From positions 1 through 64,000 of the forward strand of contig JASGJN010000021.1 of the NCBI GenBank assembly GCA_049840735.1: 64,000 bases of DNA, written 5' to 3'. How positions within the stretch are numbered: position 1 is the first letter of the stretch; every line of letters starts with the position of its first letter. Positions 43,105 through 52,580 of this stretch are shown piece by piece. Origin of the DNA: Anaeromyxobacter sp. Lineage in GTDB: Bacteria > Myxococcota > Myxococcia > Myxococcales > Anaeromyxobacteraceae. The position numbers and the translations under genes were made by a program. The notes under the pieces were generated by a model that worked only from the letters and a program-made list of their open reading frames with translations, did not search any database and was not told the origin of the DNA.

Positions 43105-43907
43105 CCGCCTCGGTCCGCCACGCCGCCCGCGCGCTCCTCCCGCTCGGCCTGCGGGTGGCCCTGCGGCGCGCGCCGGCCCTGCTGCGCAGCGCGTTCCAGC
43201 CGGCCCTCCCGCTGCTGCCGCCGGGCGGCCGAGCCACCTTCGGACACGTCCAGGCCCAGCGCGCCACCCCGCTGCGCCGCGCCGGCACGATGTACGGCGA
43301 GGCGCTCCAGCGCGGCAAGGAGCAGAACGTGGCCCGCGCCGCGGCGCTGCTCGACGGGCTGGTGATCGGGCCTTTCGAGACCTTCTCCTGGCACCGGACC
43401 GTGGGCGCGCCGCTCCGGCTGCGCGGCTTTGCCCCTGGCCCGGAGGTGCGCGGCGGGGAGGTGGTGGCCGGGGTCGGCGGCGGCGCCTGCCAGGTGGCCA
43501 ACCTGGTCTGCTGGCTCGGGCTCCACGCCGGGCTGGAGCTGGTCGAGCGGCACGGCCACGACGTCGACCTCTTCCCCGACCACGAGCGGACCGCGCCCTT
43601 CGGCTCCGGCGCCACCGTGTTCTTCCCCACCCGCGACCTGCGCCTGCTGAACCCCGGACCCTCCCCGCTGCTGCTCACGCTGGAGGTCCGCGACGGCTGG
43701 CTGCACGGCGCGGCGCGGCTCACCCGCGACCCCGGGCTGCGCTGGGAGCTGCAGGAGCGCGAGCACCACTTCGTGCGCGAGCCGGACGGCGTCTATCGCC
43801 AGAACCGGCTCTGGATCCGGACGCTGCGCGGGGACGAGCTGGTCGCGGAGGCCGAGGTGGCCGCCAACCGGGCGCGGGTCCTCTACGCGGTGCCCGGGCT
43901 GGGCTGA
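43101..43907 (+). CDS. VanW family protein
   Basis: IGPFETFSW, VGGGACQVAN, ERHGH and GATVFFPTRDLRL. GTGA overlap with the upstream gene. Confidence 0.85.
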   Translation: MTASVRHAARALLPLGLRVALRRAPALLRSAFQPALPLLPPGGRATFGHVQAQRATPLRRAGTMYGEALQRGKEQNVARAAALLDGLVIGPFETFSWHRTVGAPLRLRGFAPGPEVRGGEVVAGVGGGACQVANLVCWLGLHAGLELVERHGHDVDLFPDHERTAPFGSGATVFFPTRDLRLLNPGPSPLLLTLEVRDGWLHGAARLTRDPGLRWELQEREHHFVREPDGVYRQNRLWIRTLRGDELVAEAEVAANRARVLYAVPGLG

Positions 43908-45387
43908 TCAGCGCCCGTGGTTCCGCGCCAGCGAGCGCGGCCGCACCTGCGACGGGTTCCGCCAGTCGCCGAGCCGCGCCAGCAGGTCCTCGTCGCCGTC
44001 CGCCCGCGCGCGCTCCAGGAGGCCCTCCCACACGTCCTCGCGGACGTAGGCGTAGTCCGGCGAGAGCGCAACCACCGGCGCGTCCGCGCGCTGGGGCGCC
44101 AGCGCGGTCCACTCGCCCGGCCGGATCCCCCAGGCGATCCGGCCCACCTCGCGCCGGTCCAGCTCCGGCTCCGGTGCCCAGCTCATGGCGTCGCGCCCGG
44201 TCTCCGTGGTCGTAGAGGAAGGCCAGCCCCTGCTGCGCGATGAGCAGCGCGGGGAGCGGCCGCGGCAGCTCCGTCAACAGCTCGCGGTAGAGCCCCCAGG
44301 GCGGCTGGCGCACCGCGCCGATCCCACCCCTCGCGCCCGGCCAGGCCAGGGCCAATCCCAGCGCCACCAGCAGCGCGGGCACCGCGCGCAGCAGGCGCGG
44401 CCAGGGCAGCGGCGCCGGCCAGGCCAGCACCAGCAGCGGCGCCGCCAGCGCCGGGGCGGCCAGCGCCAGCCTGTAGCCGAGGTCCAGCAGATCGTCGCGC
44501 CAGGGGATGGCCAGGCAGGCGGCCAGCGGCAGCGCGAGGGCCGCCAGCGCCGGGCGCGCCGCAGGGCGCCGGAGCCAGGCCAGGGCCGCCAGCGGCAGCG
44601 CCGCCCACCCCGCCCAGAGCTCGCCGGCCTGCCCGGCAGGGATCGGCCGCAGCTTCAGGTAGCCCGCCGGCGACGGCCAGCCTGGCGAGAGGCGCAGCTG
44701 CCCGCCCAGCCGCTCCAGGTCGGCCGGGTGGAGCAGGTTGGGCAGCGCCCAGCTGGCCAGGGCAAAGGCCAGCGCCGCCACCAGGCCGGCCGCCAGCACC
44801 CCCGCCGCCGCGCCCATGCCGCGACGCGCCGTGACCAGCCCCAGCCCGCCGCCGATCGCCGCCAGCGCCAGCAGCGCCGCGCCGAGCCGGTGGGCGGTGG
44901 CCGCCAGCAGCAGCGCCACGGCCAGCACCGCCGCGCGACCCAGGCCGGGCCGCGCCCGGACCAGCCCCATCGCCAGCAGGGCCGGGGCCACCACCCCGAG
45001 CTGCTTGGGGAACTCCGCCGCGAGCTGCCCCAGCGTGGGCGAGGCCGCCGCCCAGGCCGCCAGCGCCAGCGCACCCTCCTCCCGCCCCGCCAGCCGCGCC
45101 CCGGCCGCCGCCGCCGCGGGCACCGCCAGCGCCGCCAGCAGCGCCGAGCCCAGCTTCACGCCCAGCTCCGGATCCCGCGCCGCCCAGGCCGCCGCCGCGA
45201 GGAAGCGGAGCACCCAGCTCGCGTCCGGCGCGTGCAGCCGGCCGGTGGCCAGCAGCCGCTCGGCCTGGACCACGTAATAGTAGCCGTCGGTCCCCAGCGG
45301 CCCCGGGCTGGCCAGCAGCGCCAGCAGCCGCGCCGCCACCGCCGCCGCGGCCAGCGCGGCCACGGCCCACCAGGCCCGGCGGCTCAC
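43908..45387 (-). CDS. Polytopic membrane protein, GT-C/ArnT-like fold suspected; extra G near 44205
   Basis: First-loop motif LGTDGYYYVVQ, about 10 hydrophobic segments, and a soluble tail after frame correction (YDHETGRDAMSWAPE). Confidence 0.6.
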
Positions 45388-45989
45388 CGCGCCGGCGCCG
45401 GGCAGAGCGGCGCCTCCTCGATGGGCCAGCGGCCGCTCCCGGCGGCGTGGAAGTGCCACCACTCGGTCCGGATGCCGCCGAACCCCGCCGCCTCCATGGC
45501 CTCCCGCAGGAGCTTGCGGTTGGCCGCCGCCTCCGGGCTGGCCGGGGCGTCGGGCGCGGCGGCTGGGGTGAAGTCGTCGAAGGGGGTAGGCATGACCACC
45601 GGCGCGCCGCTGGCGTCGACCAGGGTCAGGTCCACCGCGCCCCCGCGGTTGTGGACCGAACCCCTGGCCGGATCCGCCACGTACCGTGCGTCCGGGACCC
45701 GCCGCCACATCTCGCGCTGCACCGCCGGCGGGCGATAGCAGTCCCACACCAGGAGGCCGTACCCGCGCTGCTCCAGCCAGGCCTGGGCCCGGGCCAGCGC
45801 CTCCGCCGCGGGGCGGCGCAGCAGGCAGCGCGCGCAGGGGTAGACCGCGGCGTGGAGGAAGTTGTCCGGGGTGGCGTAGCGCAGGTCCAGCCGGACGCCC
45901 GGGGCGACCGTGGTCACGTCCACCAGCTGGGGGACGGCGGCCGGACCCCCGGTCGACAGCAGGGCGAGCAGCAGGGCGGGGGCGAGCAT
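45384..45989 (-). CDS. ddpX: D-alanyl-D-alanine dipeptidase (M15D, VanX/DdpX family) with signal peptide
   Basis: LDLRYATPDNF, WDCYRP, SVHNRGGAVDLTL (SxHxxGxAxD) and EWWH. Confidence 0.9.
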   Translation of the reverse strand: MLAPALLLALLSTGGPAAVPQLVDVTTVAPGVRLDLRYATPDNFLHAAVYPCARCLLRRPAAEALARAQAWLEQRGYGLLVWDCYRPPAVQREMWRRVPDARYVADPARGSVHNRGGAVDLTLVDASGAPVVMPTPFDDFTPAAAPDAPASPEAAANRKLLREAMEAAGFGGIRTEWWHFHAAGSGRWPIEEAPLCPAPAR

Positions 45990-46095
45990 CGGGCCATTGT
46001 AGCGATTGTTTGCCCCGGGCAGAGAACGGGACTTCCTCCTGTTTGTGGATAGGATCCCCCCAGGATCGACCCGCCGGCCCAGCCCCTGCTCGATC

Positions 46096-47469
46096 ATGCG
46101 CCTCCTGCTGCACACCACCCCCGCCGTGCTCGACGGCGACCTCGACCACCCGCGGCCCTTCGGCCTCGTCGCCGAGCTGGTGGCGGCCGACGCCGCGGAG
46201 GGCGCGCTGGTGATCGAGGCCGCCAGCTGGGACGAGGCGGTGTCCGCCGGCGCCGCCGTCCGCGCCGCGCCGCACCTCTCTCGCCTGCCGCTCTTCCTGG
46301 CCGAGCGCCCCGCCGGCGACGAGCCCGCCGTGGCCGGCCAGCTGTTCGACGGCCTGCACCTGGGCGACCTCCGCGCCCGGGCCGCGCCCATCCTCAGCGA
46401 GGGGTCCCGCTTCGCCCACCGCGCCAACGCGCCGGGCGAGGCGCTGGCGCAGTACCTGGCCTGCCGCCCCCAGGCGCGCCTCCACCCGATCCGCGACTGG
46501 CGCGCCCCCGGCTACTACCGCTACCCGGTGGTGGACGCGCTCTTGGGCGCCTCGGAGAACGTCTTCACCTGGCTCGACCGCTGGGCGGCGCGCCACGTGC
46601 TCGACCTGGACATCGTGGTGGACCGGCTGCGGCTCTGCGACGCCTGCAGCTCGGCCCACCTCAGCTACCTCGACGTCTGCCCGTCCTGCGCCAGCCTCGA
46701 CATCGTCCACACCCGCCTGCTGCACTGCTTCACCTGCGCCCACGTGGGTCCGCGCGAGGCGTTCGTGCAGGGCGACCACCTGAGCTGCCCCAAGTGCGAG
46801 GCCGTGCTGCGCCACATCGGCGTGGACTACGACCGGCCCATCGAGCAGCAGCAGTGCCGGCACTGCAAGCACCTCTTCGTGGACGCCGACGTGCGCAGCG
46901 CCTGCATGGCCTGCCAGGCCACCAGCAGCCCCGAGCACCTGCCCTCGCGCGCCATCGGCCTCTACCGCCTGGGCGGCGCCGGCCTGCTGCTGGCCCGCCA
47001 GGGCAACCTGTCCCCGGTCCTCTCCGGCCTGGACATGGTCAACTACATCGGCCCGGCGCTGTTCGAGCGGCTCATCGACTGGCAGGTCGCCCTGGCGCGG
47101 CGCTACCCGGAGAGCCACTTCTTCAGCGTCATCGGCCTGCGGGTGGCCAACCTCTCGCGCCTGGTGGAGACCCTGGGGCGCTCCGGCACCGCCGCGCTGG
47201 TGGACAGCTTCGCCGAGCGGCTGCGGGCCATGCTGCGCGTCTGCGACGTGACCACCCGCAGCGACGAGCACCTCTGGCTGCTGGCGCCCCACACCGATGC
47301 CAAGGGCGCCGGCTGCCTGATCGGGCGCATCGAGAAGCTCACCGAGGCCACCCGCCAGCCCAGCGGGCTCAAGCTGGAGCTGGGCTCGACGGTGGGCTCC
47401 ATCCCGGGCGAGGACGTGCCCACCGAGGGCAGCCAGCTGATGGGCGTGCTGGCCTCGCGGCTGGAGTGA
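46096..47469 (+). CDS. Multi-Zn-ribbon (TackOD1-like) protein with a degenerate GGDEF domain
   Basis: Six CxxC pairs (CDAC, CPSC, CFTC, CPKC, CRHC, CMAC) and LRHIGVDYDRP. The C-terminal GGDEF-like fold keeps RxxD (RVCD) but has SDEHL in place of GGDEF. Confidence 0.8.
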   Translation: MRLLLHTTPAVLDGDLDHPRPFGLVAELVAADAAEGALVIEAASWDEAVSAGAAVRAAPHLSRLPLFLAERPAGDEPAVAGQLFDGLHLGDLRARAAPILSEGSRFAHRANAPGEALAQYLACRPQARLHPIRDWRAPGYYRYPVVDALLGASENVFTWLDRWAARHVLDLDIVVDRLRLCDACSSAHLSYLDVCPSCASLDIVHTRLLHCFTCAHVGPREAFVQGDHLSCPKCEAVLRHIGVDYDRPIEQQQCRHCKHLFVDADVRSACMACQATSSPEHLPSRAIGLYRLGGAGLLLARQGNLSPVLSGLDMVNYIGPALFERLIDWQVALARRYPESHFFSVIGLRVANLSRLVETLGRSGTAALVDSFAERLRAMLRVCDVTTRSDEHLWLLAPHTDAKGAGCLIGRIEKLTEATRQPSGLKLELGSTVGSIPGEDVPTEGSQLMGVLASRLE

Positions 47470-47473
47470 GCCC

Positions 47474-48754
47474 GTGCCGACCGCGCTCGACGCCACCACG
47501 CTGGTGCTCAAGTTCTTCCCGCTGGTGCTGCTCTTCGAGCTGCCGGTCTACCTGATCATCTGGCTGGGCGCGCTGCTGTGGGCCCGGGATCGGCGCCGCA
47601 CCCCGCCCGCGGACGACTACCTGCCCTCGGTGAGCTGCCTCGTCACCTGCTACGCCGAGGGCAAGGACGTCGGGATCACCATCCGGACGCTGCTCGAGCA
47701 GCTCTACCCCGGGCTCATCGAGATCATCGTGGTGGTGGACGGCGCGGTGCAGAACCGGGCCACCTACCAGGCCGCCCGCGACTGGCAGGCCGAGGCGCGC
47801 AGCTACCCCATGCGCGTGCTCAAGGTCCTGCCCAAGCGGACCCGCGGCGGCCGCGTGTCCAGCCTCAACGCGGCCCGCCTCTTCGCCCGGGGCGAGATCA
47901 TCCTCACCCTCGACGGCGACACCTCCTTCGACAACGACATGGTCTGGCAGGTGACGCGCCCCTTCGCCGATCCCGGCGTGGGCGCCGCCTCCGGCGCGCT
48001 GCGGCTGCGCAACGCCAAGGCCAGCCTGCCGGCACGGCTGCAGGCGCTGGAGTACATGCTCTCCATCCAGCTGGCCCGGACCGGGCTCTCGGCGCTGGGG
48101 ATCGTCAACTGCATCTCCGGCGCGTTCGGCGCCTTCCACCGCGACCTGGTGGACCGGCTGGACGGATGGGACGCCGGCACGGCCGAGGACCTGGACATCG
48201 TCCTGCGCATCAAGAAGCGGGCCGGTGGCGCCCGGAGCCAGATCGTCCACACGCCCCTGGCCATGGGCCACACCGACGGCCCCACCACGTGGAAGGGCTT
48301 CTTCAAGCAGCGGCTGCGCTGGGACGGTGACCTCTACTATCTCTACGTCCGCAAGCACGGCCGCAGCCTCAAGCCCAGCCTGCTGGGCTGGCGCAACTAC
48401 GTGATGCTGCTCTGGACCGGCATCTACTTCCAGCTGATCATGCCCTTCGTGATCGTGGCCTCCACGATCTGGATGCTCCTGAGCGCCTCGGCCGCCTCGC
48501 TGCTGCTGGTGCTGGGGCTGGTGCTGGCCTTCTACACGCTCGCCACCCTGGGCCTGTTCCTCACCTACCTCTGGCTCCTCTCCGAGCGGCGCGCCCACGA
48601 CTGGCCCTACCTGCGCTTCATCCCGCTCTTCCCCCTCTTCGCCTTCGCCACCCGCGTCTGGAACGGCTTCGCCACGCTGGCCGAGCTCGTCACCCGGCAG
48701 CACCTCGACTCCTCCATGGCGCCGTGGTGGGTGCTCAGGAAGACCCGCTTCTGA
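47474..48754 (+). CDS. Processive membrane GT2 polysaccharide synthase
   Basis: VVVDG, DxD (LDGDT), ISGAFGAF, TAED and QxxRW (QRLRW). One N-terminal and about three C-terminal TM segments. Confidence 0.9.
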   Translation: MPTALDATTLVLKFFPLVLLFELPVYLIIWLGALLWARDRRRTPPADDYLPSVSCLVTCYAEGKDVGITIRTLLEQLYPGLIEIIVVVDGAVQNRATYQAARDWQAEARSYPMRVLKVLPKRTRGGRVSSLNAARLFARGEIILTLDGDTSFDNDMVWQVTRPFADPGVGAASGALRLRNAKASLPARLQALEYMLSIQLARTGLSALGIVNCISGAFGAFHRDLVDRLDGWDAGTAEDLDIVLRIKKRAGGARSQIVHTPLAMGHTDGPTTWKGFFKQRLRWDGDLYYLYVRKHGRSLKPSLLGWRNYVMLLWTGIYFQLIMPFVIVASTIWMLLSASAASLLLVLGLVLAFYTLATLGLFLTYLWLLSERRAHDWPYLRFIPLFPLFAFATRVWNGFATLAELVTRQHLDSSMAPWWVLRKTRF

Positions 48755-50886
48755 TGGCCCGCCCGATCTCCCTCGCGCGGACCGCGCTCCTCGCCCTCGC
48801 GGCCCCGGCCCTGGCCGCGGCCGCGCCGCTCGGCCTGCCCGAGCTGGAGGCGGCGCTGGACGGGCGCGACGAGGTCCGGGCGGCCTCGGCCGACCTGGCG
48901 CTGGCCGACGCCCAGGCCGCGCGCGCGCAGGGCGACGGCGGCCTGCGGGCCACCACCAGCGCGGTGGTGGGGGCGCTCTCCGAGCCGCAGTGGCCGCTCG
49001 GCACCAGCCGCGACTACGGCTCGCTGGGGCTGGCGCTGGGGCTGCGCTACCCGCTGCTGGGCTCGGCCGCCGAGGAGCGGCTGGCGGTGGCCACCGCGCG
49101 GCTGGACGCGCTCACCGCCCAGGCCCGCCGCGACGCGGCCCGGCTGCGGCTGCGGCGCGAGCTGCGCGAGAGCTTCTTCGGCTACGCCCAGGCCCAGGCC
49201 CACCTCGCGCTGGCCGAGGCCTTCCTGGCCGACGCCCCGCGCATCCGCGCGGTGCTCCGCCGCCGGCAGGCGGCCGGGCTGGTGCTGGAGAGCGACCGCC
49301 GCCAGATGGAGCTGGCCTTCGCCCGCGCCGAGCGCGCGCGAGACGGGGCCGCGGCGGAGCTGGCGCAGCGGCGCGAGGAGCTGCGCCGCTGGTCGGCGGC
49401 CTTCGACGGCCAGGTGACGCTCCCGCCTCCAGCCGCGCTGCGCGGGGGCGGGGAGGCGCTGGCCCAGGAGCTGGGCTCGCGCCGCGCCGCCGCCCGCACC
49501 GCGCCGCTGGCCGAGCTGGAGGCGCCCGGGACCTCGCTGCTGGCCGGCGCGCGGGGCAACGTCTTCGTGACCGGGACGCTCCGCCACGACACCGACCTGG
49601 GCAACGGGGGCAGCGTGGTGGCGGGCCTGTCGCTGGACTGGCCGCTCTCCCGCGCCAGCGGCGCCGGGCTGGCCGGCGAGCACCAGGCCCGGGTCGAGCA
49701 GGCGCGGCTGGCGGTGGAGCGGCTCCAGGCGGACGAGCAGCGGCTGGCGGTCCAGGCCCTGGGCGAGGCCGAGCAGGCCGCCGCCGAGCTGCGGCTGGCC
49801 CGCGCGCGGGTGGCCAGCGCCGCCGCCGCCGCGGCCGAGGCGGCGCAGCGGGCCCGGCTCTCCGGCGGCGCCGACGGCGCGCCCATCGAGCGCTGGGTGC
49901 GGGCGCGGGCCGCGCTCCACGACGAGCTGCTCGCGCTGCAGCAGGCGGAGGGGCGCCAGGCGCTGGCCGCCGCGCAGGTGGCGCTGGCCTTCGACGGCAG
50001 CGGCATCGCCCCGCTGGTCCCGACCCAGCCGCCGCCCTGCGCCGCCCCGGCGCTGGCGCTGCTGGCCTGGCGCACGCTGGAGGCGCAGCCGCCGCCCGCG
50101 CCGGCCTGCGCCGAGCCGACCGCTGCGCCCGCGCCGGCCGGCCGCGCCTTCTACGCCTGGGACGGCCCGCGCGCCCTGGAGCGCGCCGGGGACGACGCCT
50201 TCTGGCGGACCACCCGCGCCGGGACCCTCTGGCTCTCCTTCGGCGCCGACGCGCTGGCGCGGCTCCAGGAGCCGGCCGCGCGCGAGGCGCTGCGGTCGGG
50301 CCTGCTGCGCCTGCACGAGCGCGGCGTGGGCGTGGCGCTGCTGCTGGGTGAGCCCAGCTGGCTGCGGCCCGGGCAGGAGCAGGCGCTCTTCGCCCTGGTC
50401 CGGTCGCTGGCCGACCTGCCCTTCGACGCCATCCACCTCGACGTGGAGCCGGTGCAGCTCCAGCCGCCGCTCCCCGGCGACCAGGCCTGGACCGCCCTGG
50501 CGCGCCTGGCGCGCGAGACCCGCGCCATCGCCGGGCGCCCGGTGCTGCTCAGCCTGAACTGGCGCGACCTCTCGCCCGCGCCGGGCGCGCCCTGCCCGGC
50601 CTGCGCCGCCGCCGCGGCCGCCGACGAGGTGGTGGTGATGCTGTACGCCACCTCGCCGGAGCTGGTGGAGCAGCGGATGCGCGCGCTGCTGGCGCGCCGC
50701 CCCGCTCCGCGGCTCTGGCTGGCCCAGAGCATCGAGCCGGCGCTGGGGCCGGAGGAGAGCTTCGCCGGCCAGGGGCGAGGTGCGCTGGCGGCGCAGCAGG
50801 ACCGGCTCTCGGGCCTGTCCGCCGATCCCACCTTCGCCGGGTTCGCCGTCCAGAGCCTGGAGGACTTCCTCGAGGCCCGCCCATGA
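48754..50886 (+). CDS. TolC-like outer-membrane factor fused to a GH18-like TIM-barrel domain
   Basis: Signal peptide and two OMF-like repeats (GLALGLRYPL and VAGLSLDWPL) with long Ala/Arg/Glu helices. A Pro linker leads to a domain with LLLGEPSW, FDAIHLDVEP, VVVMLY and AQSIE. Confidence 0.7.
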   Translation: MARPISLARTALLALAAPALAAAAPLGLPELEAALDGRDEVRAASADLALADAQAARAQGDGGLRATTSAVVGALSEPQWPLGTSRDYGSLGLALGLRYPLLGSAAEERLAVATARLDALTAQARRDAARLRLRRELRESFFGYAQAQAHLALAEAFLADAPRIRAVLRRRQAAGLVLESDRRQMELAFARAERARDGAAAELAQRREELRRWSAAFDGQVTLPPPAALRGGGEALAQELGSRRAAARTAPLAELEAPGTSLLAGARGNVFVTGTLRHDTDLGNGGSVVAGLSLDWPLSRASGAGLAGEHQARVEQARLAVERLQADEQRLAVQALGEAEQAAAELRLARARVASAAAAAAEAAQRARLSGGADGAPIERWVRARAALHDELLALQQAEGRQALAAAQVALAFDGSGIAPLVPTQPPPCAAPALALLAWRTLEAQPPPAPACAEPTAAPAPAGRAFYAWDGPRALERAGDDAFWRTTRAGTLWLSFGADALARLQEPAAREALRSGLLRLHERGVGVALLLGEPSWLRPGQEQALFALVRSLADLPFDAIHLDVEPVQLQPPLPGDQAWTALARLARETRAIAGRPVLLSLNWRDLSPAPGAPCPACAAAAAADEVVVMLYATSPELVEQRMRALLARRPAPRLWLAQSIEPALGPEESFAGQGRGALAAQQDRLSGLSADPTFAGFAVQSLEDFLEARP

Positions 50887-51902
50887 AGATCCGCTTCAGC
50901 GTCCCCGAGGCCACCGACCCCCGCCGCGAGGGGGGCATGCAGCTGCCGCCGCAGCAGGGGAAGCGCACCTCGGCGCGCTGGCGCTGGCTGCTGGTGGTGC
51001 TCCTGGCGCTCAGCCCGGGCCTGCTGGTGGGCGGCTACCTGCTGCGCGGCTGGCTCTGGGTGGACGCGGGCGGCTTCGTCTTCTTCGAGGAGCTGCCGGT
51101 GACGGCGCCCGGCCCGGGCACGGTGGTGGCGGTCCAGGCGGCGGCCGGGAAGCCGGTCGAGCCGGGCGCACCGCTGGTGGAGCTGCAGAACCCGGAGCTG
51201 GCCGCCGAGGCCGCGGCGCTGCAGGCCGCCACGCGCCACGCCGGGCGCAGCAGCCCGGAGCTCGCCGCGCTCGACCGGCAGGTGGCGGCGCTGCGCGCGG
51301 CGCGCCAGGCCCGGCAGGACGAGCTGTCCAGCCTGCGCGCGCTGCAGGCGGCGGGCGCGGCCACGAGGGGCGAGGTGCTGGCCGCGCGCGAGCGGGCCGG
51401 CGCGGCCGAGGCGGCGCTGGCGGCGGCGGAGCGCGACCGGGCCAGCGCGCTGGCGCTGCTCGACGCCAGCGGCCAGACCACGGCCGACCAGGCCAGCCGG
51501 CTGGCGGTGCTGACGGCCCGCCTGGAGGCGCTGAAGGTCGCGGCGCCGGCGGCCGGCCTGGTGGACTCCGTGGTGGTGCAGCGCGGCCAGCGGGTGGCCG
51601 CCGGCGAGCCGCTGCTGGTGCTGCGCCGGGGCGAGCCGCAGGTGGTCGGCTTCCTGCCCGGGCGCGAGCTGGCGCTCAGCACAGGCGACGAGGTCCGGCT
51701 GGTGCTGCCGGACGGCACCACCCTGCGCGGCCGTGTCATCGGCCAGGCGCCCTCGACGCTCCGGCTGCCCGAGGAGCTGTCCAGCTCCTTCGAGCCGCGC
51801 ACCGCCCGGCTGCAGGTGCTGATCGCGCCGGAGGGGCTGCCGCCGCAGGCGCGGGTGCACCGCCTGCCGGTGACGGTCCGGCTGTTCCGGTTCAGGTGGT
51901 GA
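50883..51902 (+). CDS. HlyD-family membrane fusion protein
   Basis: One N-terminal TM. Lipoyl halves VTAPGPGTV...GKPVEPGAPLVEL and APAAGLV...GQRVAAGEPL flank a coiled coil. Confidence 0.88.
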   Translation: MKIRFSVPEATDPRREGGMQLPPQQGKRTSARWRWLLVVLLALSPGLLVGGYLLRGWLWVDAGGFVFFEELPVTAPGPGTVVAVQAAAGKPVEPGAPLVELQNPELAAEAAALQAATRHAGRSSPELAALDRQVAALRAARQARQDELSSLRALQAAGAATRGEVLAARERAGAAEAALAAAERDRASALALLDASGQTTADQASRLAVLTARLEALKVAAPAAGLVDSVVVQRGQRVAAGEPLLVLRRGEPQVVGFLPGRELALSTGDEVRLVLPDGTTLRGRVIGQAPSTLRLPEELSSSFEPRTARLQVLIAPEGLPPQARVHRLPVTVRLFRFRW

Positions 51903-51908
51903 GCGCGG

Positions 51909-52580
51909 CTACCGCGGCAGCGGCGTGAAGGCCGGCCGGCGGGGCGAGGCCAGGTAGGCGGCGATCCGCTCCCGCGCGGCGATGCGGGCGGCGAAGGCCA
52001 CCAGCGCCGGGTGCCGGTCCACCGCGGCCTCGAAGCCGTTGTCGCGCAGCGACTCCAGCAGGTACCAGAGCGCCAGGTCGGCCACCGTCAGCCCGGCGCC
52101 GACGGCGAACCCCTGGCCGCCGCGGTTGGCCCGGAGCAGCCGGTCGAGCGCCGCCGTCCAGCGCGGCAGCGTCTGCTCCACCAGCCCGGCGCGCACCGCC
52201 GCGCGCGCCTCGGGCGCGGCGGTGGCGAGCTTGCGCAGCTCCGTCCGCACGTCCTCGATGGCCCCCAGCCACTCGTCGCAGCGCGCCTCCTCCAGCGCGT
52301 CCTGCCCGCGCAGGCCGTGCCGGCGGGCCAGGTAGTTGGCGATGGCGGCGCTCTGCGCCAGGCGCAGCCCGTCCGGCTCCTCCCAGACCGGCACCGCGCC
52401 GAAGGGGAGCGAGCCGGCCGCGGCCAGCTCCGCCAGGTCGGTCGGGCGCCCGCCCACCGGCGGCGTGCCGCGGCCCACCGGGTGCTCCGCGTGATCCAGC
52501 CCGATCTCGGCCAGCAGCAGGCGGATCACCTCGGCGCGCCCGCGGGCCGGGAAGTAGAGCAGGGTCGGCTTCGAGGTCAT
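51909..52580 (-). CDS. Glutathione S-transferase
   Basis: LYFPARGRAEVIRLLL, PFGAVPV, QSAAIANYL and LTVADL. Confidence 0.92.
   Translation of the reverse strand: MTSKPTLLYFPARGRAEVIRLLLAEIGLDHAEHPVGRGTPPVGGRPTDLAELAAAGSLPFGAVPVWEEPDGLRLAQSAAIANYLARRHGLRGQDALEEARCDEWLGAIEDVRTELRKLATAAPEARAAVRAGLVEQTLPRWTAALDRLLRANRGGQGFAVGAGLTVADLALWYLLESLRDNGFEAAVDRHPALVAFAARIAARERIAAYLASPRRPAFTPLPR

Noticed and set aside
43101..45989. Vancomycin-resistance operon
   Set aside because: No vanH, vanA/B ligase or vanRS. VanW and DdpX homologues are widespread outside resistance clusters.
46096..47469. Multiheme cytochrome or active diguanylate cyclase
   Set aside because: The motifs are CxxC or CxxCxH rather than CxxCH, there is no signal peptide, and the GGDEF active site is absent.
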